This document shows positions 51,200 to 62,100 of a stretch of DNA of 64,000 bases, piece after piece; the first letter of the stretch is position 1; every line of letters starts with the position of its first letter. Position numbers and translations under genes: made by a program. The notes beneath the pieces were generated by a model. The model saw only the letters and a program-made list of their open reading frames with translations. It made no database searches and was not told the origin of the DNA. Source of the stretch: Vicugna vicugna (taxonomy: Eukaryota); assembly GCA_013265495.1 (NCBI GenBank), contig MU058289.1, forward strand, positions 1,054,001 to 1,118,000, written 5' to 3'.

Positions 51200-52020
51200 T
51201 CCCTCGTTTGTCTTTGTGATGCTCACCAACCCCATTCAAAGCCCAGTCCTCTAGCCATGCCCTCCCCTTCCTTGCTCCTACTACAAATGCCACCATGACC
51301 TGAAGATTTCCCCTCCAAAAAGTGACTCACAACTCTACCCTGGTCCACACACATGCCATCACCTTATGATGTCTTGAACCTGAACCCTTATCCTTAAATC
51401 CAGAGCTGTGCATCTTCCTGTCCACTCAACACCTCCACCTAGAAGTCTGTGAAACATCTCATACTCAGTATATTCAACCTAACTCCTGATACACCCTCTG
51501 AAAATTACTCCTACAACCAACTTCCCCATTTCAGCTGATGGCATCTTCTTCCTTCCAGTTGCAGACATCAAAAACCTGGGAGTTACCCCGACTCTTTTCT
51601 TTTCCTTCTTACTCTCTGTATCATAAAGCGTAGTCAGACCTATTTTAAAAACAATCCCAGGAGCCATAAGTTCCTCCCATGTCTGCAGCCAACACCTTGA
51701 TCCAGTCATTACCAATACTCCTCTAGACCATTCAGTACCTTCTTCCCTCACTTCTTCTTTTTGTTCTCTAATCTGCAGCCAGAGAGAGTCTGGTAAATCC
51801 TGATTCAGATCACCTCTCTCTACTTCAAATATTCCAAGATTCCTAACAACCTCAGAATAGGGGCACAGTTCCAAAGGCTGCCATTCTAGGCCTGACTCCT
51901 GCATCCTCACTCTTTGGTCCCACCAGACATGACTGAGACATGCAGTTCCCTGAATTCTGCCAACTCAGTTTCACCTACAAGTATCTGCAAATGCTGATCT
52001 CTGTGCCTATAAAACCTTCT
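51200..52020 (+). mobile_element. L2 relic
   Basis: L2-like motifs (ccacctagaagtc...catctcatactcagta; cttccagttgcagacatcaaaaacctgggagttacc). Confidence 0.6.
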
Positions 52021-52224
52021 ACACAGTATTCACTGGTTTTCAGAAATGGAAACCCCCTCATATAACCCCTGGTGTGGGGTCAGGATCCTAAACCTCAGAG
52101 AACCAGGGACCTTAGGCACCGTGGCCAGGAAGGTGGCAAGTGATGAGTTCCAGGCCATCACAATCCCAGAGACTATACAGGTGGGAAATGTGTTGGACAA
52201 GGGCCAGAAATACCCTCTACTCAC

Positions 52225-52263
52225 CTGTGCATGGCCCATAAGCACTTCTGCAACCATGGGTCC
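52225..52263 (-). pseudogene. KRAB-ZNF-type first coding exon (MVAEVLMGHAQ)
   Basis: Acceptor ttcttttcacag, ATG at 52257, 11 codons, then phase-0 donor CAG|gtgagt. Same layout as the MAAAALRDPAQ exon of ZNF792-like genes. Confidence 0.65.
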
Positions 52264-52417
52264 CTGTGAAAAGAACAAGACTGTGAGCAATGGGCATCCA
52301 TCGTGGGGTCTTAAGGTTCATTCCACCCCTCATCCCTGCCCTGGAGCAACGTGACCTCCATTTGAATGACTAACTTATGAGCCTCAGTCATTGGTGTAGC
52401 CTTTTTTCCTGTGCATT

Positions 52418-53135
52418 TTTAAAAGTTGAAGTATAGTGATGTACAATATTATATAAGTTACAGGTGTACAATATAGTGACTCACAATTTTTAAAGATTAT
52501 ACTTCACTTATAAAATATTGTCTATATTCCCTGTGTTGTATAGTGTATCTTCATAGCTTATTTCATACATAATAGTGTATACCTCTTAATCCCCTACCAT
52601 ATATTGCCTCTCCCCTCTTCCCTCTCCCCACTGGTAACCACTGCTTTGTTCTCTGTATCTGTGAGACTGCTTCTTTTTTGTTATATTCAATAGCTTGCTG
52701 TATATTTTGGATTCCAAATACAAGTGATATCATATTCGTTTTTCTCTGACTTATTTCACTTGGCATAACACCCGCCAAGTCCATCCATGTTGTTTCAAAT
52801 GACAAAATTTTCATTCTTTTTTATGGCTGAGTAGTATTCGATTGTGTTTATACACACCACATCTCCTTTACCCATTCATCTATTGATAGACACTTAGGTT
52901 GCTTCTGTATCTTGGCAACTGTACATAATGCTGCTATGAACGCTGGGGTGTGTGTATATTTTAGAATTTAGTGTTTTGTTTTCTTCTTTTTTGGATACAT
53001 GTCCAGGAATGGAATTGCTAGGTCATATGGTAGTCCTATTTTTAGTTTTTTGAAAAACCTCCATACTGTTTTCCACAGTGGTTTTAACAATTTACATTCC
53101 TAATAACAGTATATGAGGGTTCCCTTTTCTCCACA
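52418..53135 (-). mobile_element. L1 3' end
   Basis: ORF2 C-terminus ILSFETTWMDLAGVMPSEISQ plus 3'UTR. Confidence 0.85.
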
Positions 53136-53487
53136 TTAGTGTTGTCTCTTACCAGCTGTGTGATCTTGGACAACTCTCCCTCTGTGCCTTCTTTTATAAA
53201 GTGCGGATAGTAAGGGAACCAACCTCAGAGGGCTGGTTTTAGTATATTTTAAGTGCTGATTATGTGCTATCACTATACACAGAATTAAGGCTTTTGTCAG
53301 TATTCTCTATGCAAAGTGATGAATTTTGAAATTTTGGATGTGTGTTTCAACTACCTTTAAGCATTTAAGAGACTATGATATTTAAGAACTTTGACTTTAG
53401 TATGTTAGTATACTGATTAGTTATATGTTAAGAGGTAAACTAAATATTAAGTGCTTTCATAAATTTTTGTTAAATTCATATGTTTTC

Positions 53488-53638
53488 GGGGTGGGAAGGG
53501 ATAGACTGGGATTTCAAAATTGTTGAAGAACACTGGAATTTGACACAACATTGTAAAATGATTATAAATCAATAAAAAATGTTAAAAAAAAGAAATTAAA
53601 TTTGGGAAATGTGGCAAAAAAATAAAAGTAAAAAAAAA
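53488..53638 (+). mobile_element. Short young L1 3' tail with 12-bp TSD and double A-tail
   Basis: TSD tcatatgttttc at 53476-53487 and 53639-53650. Insert reads gggtgggaagggatagactggg...aataaa-poly(A), 24 nt of extra sequence, then a second A-tail. Confidence 0.75.
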
Positions 53639-53774
53639 TCATATGTTTTCAATTTTAACTGACTGCCTGTATGTAGACATCTAGAGGAACAGTGATTTCT
53701 TAAAGTTTTTGAAATAAATAGTTCATAAATTAAAATAGAGGGTGGAGAGAATAGGCCTTGCCTGATGGGTAGAT

Positions 53775-54391
53775 GTTAGTCCTCTTTACTTAAAATAGTT
53801 CTCCATCCTTAAAGTGTACCTTGTATTACATCACTTCTACTCCCTGACCAAAACAGCCTTAACATCCCTTAGCTTGACTAAACTTTTGATAGGTTTTTTC
53901 GTGACTATAAGACCCTATCTCCCTTTTCTTAGAACATTTACTTTAGGAAATTTGCCAATTGTAAATTATTTATCTGCCCCTTATAATGTACGTAAATCTC
54001 CCAGCTTCATGCCACTTTCACAACCCGGGACGTATTTTTCTCAAAGATTTGAGAATCATCTCTTTGAAATATAAACATTAAAGGATACAGCACCCCTATG
54101 TCTCTGTGGGAGAAGCCTAATTTTAACAGGTACCAATTAGAAAACATATATGTCTTAATTACAGAGGAAAAGATTTACAAACTCAGGAATAACCCAATAT
54201 GCTCCACAGTTCCCAGTGATCAACCTCCCCACTAATGGCCCCAAGTATTTTTCCACTGGCTCCCTCCACCACTTAAAATTCCTCCTGCCTTTTGTTTCAA
54301 TGGAGTCCAGTCTCCCTCCCCTATTCCAACAGTCTTGAATAAAGTCTTCTCTGCCTGTTTTACTCTGTCCAGTGCACTTTTTACTTTGACA
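53775..54391 (+). mobile_element. Solo LTR (ERV1-like)
   Basis: TGTTAG start, aataaagtctt near 54338, ends ...tttgaca. Confidence 0.65.
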
Positions 54392-54799
54392 CTGCTCTGG
54401 TCCAGCCTTCATGGTAACTCTCCGGAATTCTGTGACAGTAGCTTTTTCTCAAGGTCTACCACTTCACTTTCATGTCCACTCTGCCTTGAGCTGCCTTTGG
54501 GGACCTTTTAAAACCCTGTTTCAGGTCAATTCTGTCAGCTCAAAACCCTCCACGGCTACCAGCACCCTCAGATGAAAGCTTAACTGCTCGGGTCGCCATA
54601 GCACTCCCAATCTGTTTCCTGTAGATGGGAGACTGGCTGCAGGTTTCTCCGAATACCCCATTTAATTACCCTTCCAAGCCTTTACACATGATGGTCGCTC
54701 TGCGTGTAACACTATTCCACTTTATCTAAACCAAGTGCGTGAAAAGGCGACCCCACCCAGGAATGCACCAAAGTCCCGCACAAAAGACCTGACTGAAAG

Positions 54800-55450
54800 T
54801 GAAATGAGCAGGCACCACTCATTCGGGTCTTTAGGATACACGAGTGGGCGTTCTCGTGGGGGAGGGTTGGGGAAATGCAACCTGCGTGGGGTCCACCAAG
54901 GGAAAGCCCGTAGGCTGACTGGAGCCAGGAAGGGCCGGCAACCAGACGCGGGTGCTGCGGGCTCAGCCAGACCCCCGACCCCCGCCTGCCTCAGGCACGG
55001 CGGTCACCCCAAGCGGCGCTCTCACCAGGCCTCAGAACCGCCCCGTCAGAGGGAACAAGATCTACTTTCACATTTCGTGCTTACTTTATCTTGGGCCCCG
55101 TCAAAAATATAGTGAAGAATTAGGTCAGGTGAACAAAATGAAGCTCGCCCTAAAACTACGGCAGCTAGGAAAACGCTGTAGGTCCAGCCCAGGCGCGTCC
55201 CCCTCACAGAAAGGCGTCTCTCCAGAGACTTCATTGGTCCAGCGCCCGAGACGCACGCGCAGGGGCATCTGGGTAACGTAGTTCCCAGAGGGCCTCGGGC
55301 CCAGGCGAGGCCCACCCACTGCAAGCCACAGGGCATGCGCCAAGGGAAGGGCGGGGTGCTGGAAAGTGGTGCCTGGAAGCTCTGAGAAGCGGAGGGGATT
55401 TCACTCATCTTACACGTATGCACTCAGATTTTCATGGAGCGTAGTATGCA
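54800..55450 (-). promoter_or_regulatory. CpG-rich promoter and non-coding exon 1 of the KRAB-ZNF relic
   Basis: CpG cluster. ZNF143-like ACTACGTTACCCAGATGC (minus, ~55265-55282) back-to-back with TTCCCAGAGGGCCTCGGG (55282-55299). GC box near 55350, GCATGCGC, and minus-strand CCAAT near 55233. Minus-strand donor CTG|gtgaga at 55026/55025. Confidence 0.65.
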
Positions 55451-55657
55451 ACTGCTGACGGGAATTTTTAGAGCCCTTGTTTCAGATGTTCTCCAAAGCT
55501 GCAAAGTCAAATGGACAGATAATAACGCAATGTCAGTCTGATACAATATGTGTCCCCTGTTATCTGGGAGCTAATATTATGTTTCTTTTTTAAATATACG
55601 TAGACTGAAACTTTAGACTTCAATTTTGAGAGCTGCAGTTTGTTTGGTCAATGACAG

Positions 55658-56136
55658 TGTTGCTGAAAAAATGGCCTGTGTGCCTATAGCCGAAATAGAA
55701 ACCCAGGTAGCATTTTGGGAGGGTAGAAAGAAATGGTTTTATTGCTTTGCCAGGCAAAGGGAGTCATAGTAGGCTAAATGCCTTAGAGACTGTGAGCCTG
55801 TCCAGGGAGGGGTAGTTAAGCAGTTATATAGGGAAAATCTGGAGACCAAGGCTTCTGATAAGTGTCCTGGTACATGCAGGAGGCTGTGTTCCTTTTCTGC
55901 AGATGGCCTTGTAAATCACTGGACTGATGTCCTTGTAATCCGGTGATGGAGTCTTCTGCACCTAGAGTTAATGAGCTGGGCCCTCTGATATCTTGGTGCC
56001 TGGAACAAAAGGTGCTCAAGGCGGAGGAGGAGTGCTCTGAGGAGAGAAAAAAAGAAATAACATGTGCAGTTTAAAATCAAGCTACAGTGTGCTTTAGCAT
56101 GAGGGAAGCTATTCTAGGTTACCATAATACAGTTAC
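55658..56136 (-). mobile_element. Solo LTR (ERV1-like), antisense
   Basis: tgttgctg...reverse poly(A) signal ttttattg...cagttaca ends. Confidence 0.6.
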
Positions 56137-56339
56137 AAATACTGTGCGGTTACAAGCGAGAAAAAGCTCCAGGCAATGCCATGAGGGGGATAATAGGGCA
56201 GGGGTGTTAAGTGGACAGTGGTGGTGCTGTGCCTCTGGTTCAAACAGAAGACTTCCCAGTTTGGGTAGCCAATGATTGTTTCCAATCCAGGAGCAATGCT
56301 GTTGCATCCTGACAGTATTTCTTAATTGATATGCTTACG

Positions 56340-59180
56340 TATGTTAAAAAAAAAACCCTAAACAATAGTTAAATTTAAAAAAAAAACCTTTTATTCAGGA
56401 ACTATTGCAATACGAGAATTAGACTTCAGTATCAAACTGGGCTCAATTCTGAGTACAACAAGTGAAGTGGGGATTTATAGCCAAGGAACAGATTGGCAGT
56501 CAGTGGATGGAAAATTATTGAGAGGAAGCATCAGGGGTAAGGGAGATTCCGTTTAAACAGACCTAATGTAATTCTTGCCAAAGGCAGGCCAGCATGATCA
56601 GATAACACCTGGGGGATTGTGGGCGATGAGAATTTAATTAGATATCAAGTGTAGGGGACTCTGGCTAAACTGACTTACCAAGATTGTTGCTGTAACTAGG
56701 CAATGCAGGCCAGACATAGAAAGACGCCAAAGTCAAGGCCTAGAAGGCTTCAGGAGCCTGGCTAAAGTTTAATTCAGCAGAGTCTTTGTCATGACCTCCT
56801 CTTGTCCAAGGGAAAAAGAGGCATTCCTCTTTCCCCTGTACAATCTAAGCCCATATCTTGTTTAGTAGCTTTTTCTTCATTAAGGACCAGCTGAGCCATT
56901 TGTTGAGATTGGGTAGTAGAAGATATTTGCTGGCTGGTGCTAGCAGTCAAGAACTAATGAAAGGAGTTTCTAAGAAAACAAGAGGGGAAGGGAGGGAAGG
57001 GATCAATGGTTGGAGCCGACTATTAACCTAATTTCTGAGTCCTGAGAGCAACCAGTCGAGGAGATTTCTAGATGTTCACCTCAAAGTATCTTTTGCAGTT
57101 TGTCTTTGGTGGGGGCGTTGGACATCCCGGTGAACTTCTCTGAGTGGCTCACACGACAGAAGGTGCAAAGGTTGTCCTTACAAGACCTGTTGTGATGATT
57201 ACTTGAAGTTTATATCAGGTCATCCATCTCCAGCTTGCGGGACTTTGGGAAAAGGGCAATTTTAGTTCTTAGTGATGCCAAGTCAGGAAAATGGGAGAAA
57301 AACTGGAAATGTTAATTATTGACAAAATATACAAGAGGCAGGATCCAGTTCAGTTTACAGGTAAATGTCAAAGTAAGAACATACAGTGAAAAACAGCTCA
57401 AAGACATGAACGGGATCATAATCTACTAACTCACAAGGTTGCACTTGAAACATAAAATCTCTATATTCAACCCCCTTTTGATTCTTCTTTACAAAGTAAG
57501 TCTGATCTTGTTAGATTTGGCCTTACTTATGTAGGTGCAGCAAGAATGGTAATTTACCACATAAGTCTTTCTAAGTTTGCTTTGGGATAACTTTTACTGA
57601 GGAATCTTAGATCAGACTTCTAGAAGCCTCTCAAGGCTAGGAAGCCAGGCAAAGAATTCACCACCAGATTTTGCCTTCAGTACATATAAATTTGGACAAT
57701 TTTTTTCATTCTTGAGAACCCCAAAATATCCTGGTGACCATCTTTTCTCTCCTGTAAGGCTAGGGACACTGTAAGTCAGATGGCAGGTAGGTTTTTCCAA
57801 GAGAGCTTCATAATCATGGAAGGTCATACCTCAGTTCCTTATTTTATGCATCTTTCTCAAATATGAGATTCCTGTGGAAGCCTTGGTAATATAACCAATG
57901 TTTCCAATTATGTCCTGTTAACAAAGAAGACCAACTCTCTCTGAACTTATGCAGATAACTATATTGCCATAAAAATAAGATCAATAAGAGTTTCTAAATT
58001 TTGGAGGTATCAGGCAGGGAGAAAAGAAAAGTATTTCATTTTTACTTACAAAAGCATAATCTACTAAATTGCTGTGAGTTATAGATAGCTTAGGAAAAAA
58101 GGAAAAGGATATATATCTTTATATCCAGAATGGAACATTAAAGAACAAGCTATGTTCCAAATAAAAATAGTAATCATCTTTCATCAGTTCATGCAATCCC
58201 ATGCAATTAATTCTTGCTCTGCCTGATCTTGGATTAATAGTTTCATGAACCTACCAGCTTCTCCACTAGTGTTTTAGAAAGCCATATGTAATCCAGTTGA
58301 ATGGACTCAACATCATTTAAGCAATGCCATTAGAAACATGTTCTCCAGAGTACATGTCAAAGTTCTTTCTATAGGTTTCTGAGATAGATCTTTCCGCTGA
58401 AAAAAAACAAATTATTTTGGCTGGTAGCTGACTTCAAATGCTTTCAGGGAAGACTCATAATAAAACAAAAACTATATAAATGACAAAAGACTTGAAATGG
58501 CCTTGGTGAAAGAGAGTTCACTTGACAAGGAAATTTGGTTATTTCTCTAGAATACAATATTCTTAAATAATAGCTTATGACTAATAAGTAGGATAAATCA
58601 TGGCAGCAAGAGTATTGACAAATCTATGAACTTCATATAATTCCTGAAGTATTTATATTAATTACATTTACCCATACTAATATAATCTAAAGAAGGTTGA
58701 GCATCATTCCTTATTTGACAACGCTTCCCATGCAATTTAGCACATCGAATATATCTAATTTTTTAACATCTCTTTTTTTACAAGGTGAAAGAAAAAATGT
58801 TGAGATTTTTCCAGGAACCCTCTGGAAAATCTCAAGGTCAGTTCAACAGAGATTTCTTTTAGGATTTGATTTTCAGAAGGCAAAAGTATAAAAAATGTAA
58901 AAAAGCCTCGGCTCTTTTTAATAAGTGAAAATACTTGGTTCTCTCAAATAGTTATGATAAACGTTAACATACAGTACAGGATATTATTCTGATAAGACAC
59001 AAAATCCATTTCCTATTATTTAAAAGATAAAGAAAAATCTTTTGAAATCACTTACTAAGAGCAGACCAGTAATCCAAGAAAACTTGTTTTAACAGACAGA
59101 AAACCAAGCTCTGGTTTTAGATCAGGACATTACTGAACTCACTTTTTAAAACCTGTAAATAAATCCATTCCATCTTGGCC
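56340..59180 (-). mobile_element. ERV1/MER4-group-like LTR plus non-coding internal sequence, antisense
   Basis: LTR-like 56340-56790 (ttttattcaggaactattgcaa...agtctttgtca), then a reverse polypurine tract and AT-rich internal sequence typical of MER4-group elements. Confidence 0.55.
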
Positions 59181-62100
59181 AGCTTTGAAGGAGGAAGTAA
59201 AACTATCTTTATTCATTGAACACATGATTGTGTAAATAGAAAATTCTAAGGAATCTACAAAGAAACTGCCAGAAATAAAGAGTAAATTTGGCAAGGTTTC
59301 AGCATACAAAGTTAGTATATACAAATCAATTGTGTTTTCTACCAATGAATGATTAAAAACTAAAATTTAAAAGATACCATTTATGACAGCATATTAAAAA
59401 CTTACAAAAAGCTTAGGAATAAATTAGCAAATGTTAATATGTATACACCAAAACTACAAAAGGGATGTTGGCAAAGTTTTCTGTAAAGAGCCAGAGAGTA
59501 AATATTATGGGCTTTGCAGGTTATATATGATTTTGCTGCGTATTTTTCTGTTTTTCTCTTTCTTTTATTTTAAATGAAACTTTAATAATTATTAATACCA
59601 TTCTTGGCTTACCGGGACTACAAAAATAGGCTGTGGAGTGAACTTGGCCCATGGGCTGTAATTTATCAGCCCCCCTACTACAAAATATTCTGAGGGAAAA
59701 TTTAAAAGTCCTAAATATAAGGAAATATGTGCCATTCTGGTGGAGTAGAAAATTTAATACTGGTAAGTTGTCAGTTTTGATCAGGATCCTTAAAGTGGAT
59801 CTATGGAATTATGACAAGGGATGTTGGTGTCCTTGGGTCCGAAGACTTTTCAGCCAGGGTGGATCCTTTGTTAAGTCATCTCCTGTCCTGCACCTGGGAG
59901 AAGACAGCTCACAGACAGCTATGCAGTTTGCTGCATGGCTCGCTTAGCAGAGAAATGCCTGAAGGGGTGATGCTGACAATTCTGTTCTCTGTCCTACTTT
60001 CTGGTGCTCCCAGAAGATTGAGGATACCAGAGCCCAGTGGGTGCCTTATGAATTGAACCAATTCAGACCTCCTACTAGGCAGTGCATGTGCCATGGTGCT
60101 AAGTACCCTCAGGACTATAAAAATGGTCACCTGTGATGCCTACATGAAGAGGAGGCACCACAGTCAAGCGGATAATGCAAGAACTCTGGAATCAGACAGA
60201 CTGGGTGTTCAAATCTTGGCTTCTTTACTACCATGTGGGTAACCCAAGGAAGGTTCTAAAGGTTAAAAGCTGTTTGTAATTCGTAAACTTTGTAAAAAGA
60301 GGTGAGGAGAAACTGCCTGCCTGAAAAGGATGTTGTGGGGTGCAGCATCTGGGCAGGTCAGGTCAGAGTGCTGTGGCCCCACCTTAGATAACTCCCCAGC
60401 TGGGGATGCTGGGGCCTTGCACCTTTCCAAGGTGGCCATGGAGAAGGCATGCCTGCTCCTGGACTTGGAGCAGCAATAGAGAGGTCCCCGGAGGAGGCAG
60501 TGTCTGGTAGTCCTGAGCTATTAGCATGAGAGGGGAAGGGTGTGTGCGTACACTGGCGTGGTCTGTGGTGGCCGCCTGAAAGGAGAGACCGAGGTAAGTT
60601 GCACCCAAGCTGCTCAGTCTCTCCTCCTTGCCTTAGCACATGTCCTCCTGCAGCCGTCCTAGGCCACCTGGGCACACTAGCAATGACCAGAACAGAATTG
60701 ACCCCTGTGACCCCAGCTCCCGTCTCTCTTACCCTGACTCCTGCAAGCTAGCCTCACCGTGGCAGGATTTAAGTTGCTCTGGTACTGTCCCCTGCTTTGA
60801 GCAGACTCTGCCCCCTGATGACCCTGGGGAAAAGGATGAGGGAGATCATAGGGACTGGCTGGGCCAGGTGCTGAGGAACCTGCAGACCTGGAGGTGACAG
60901 ACATACAGGCCCCTAGAGTCCACAATCCTGAATAGTCCCCCAGACCACGGGGCACATATGGTGCCAAACACTTGCAAAAGGCTGGCTCTCAGAGCTCGAA
61001 CACTCTGCTGGGTGGCTGGGCTTTGCCCTCTGCCCTCTCTTGCTTTTTGATCACCCCCCTTTGCTGGCAGGCCTTTTCTCTGTCACACACTCCAATGCTG
61101 TGTCACAAGCATCAGGCTGAACAGGGCAGGCTTCACCTTGGAGGAGCAGGTAGCTAGCAGAGCTCTCCAAGTTCAGCACTCCACTCCCAGGTTCAATTGC
61201 CCTTCATGGGCAACTTCCTCAGGGAGTGTCACTCCTGCCCGGCCCCTGTGCCAGGCCCAGCTCCCCCTCCCTGTGCACTCTTCTGGCAGGGATCTCTCTG
61301 CAGCGCGTGTGCCTTTCCTCCACCCTGTTCCCAGGAGGCTCTACCCAGCCCCAGGGCCTTTACCGCCTCAGTTTTATACTGCCCCCGAGAGGCCTTATCC
61401 AATCTGGCAGGCTCAGGGATCCTCGCCAAGGTGTCCTGGTAAGACTCTCCAAATGATGGTGCTGTGTTCTTGCAACTCTAAGATGTGCAGCCACTCAGGA
61501 AAAGTAAAGATCCCTTCTCCAGGGCCAAAGTGACTCTCCCCGCTTTGCTCCCTGAGCAGGCAGCTGCCTGTATGAGGCCTGGGCCGACAAGTCACTCCCC
61601 AGATCCTTGCTTAAAGGAGGTTGGGTTGATGGCATTAAGAGCTCACAGAAAAGGGACAGTATAGGAGGAAGATGATCAAATAGTGATCAAAAGGCAGGAT
61701 GTCAGTGGAGGAGCCACCGTAGCAGTGGGAATGTACTATCAGCATCCAGGCCCCTTTGGGATCAGCTTTGAGATCATTGTGTCTGTCCCGAACCCCAGTT
61801 CCATGTCCGGGGAACCCAGCTATGGAGAAAGGCTGAGGAGAACATCCAGCACCGCAGCTTATGTTGGGGGAGGCTCAGACCTGAGCACCAGGGTCCTGTT
61901 GGCCTATAGCACCCCCGTTGCAGTTAGGGAGACCAGTAGTATGGAGTGGAAATCTGTCCTGGAAGACCTTTCCTTCCTGCCTGCAGTCAGAGCACCTGAG
62001 GGCCACCCAGCCAAGCGCGCCTGTTCCTACCGAAGGAGACAGCGGCACTGAGGATATAGACATGCCCAAGACACAGCTGCTTCTGCTTGAGTTTAATCAC

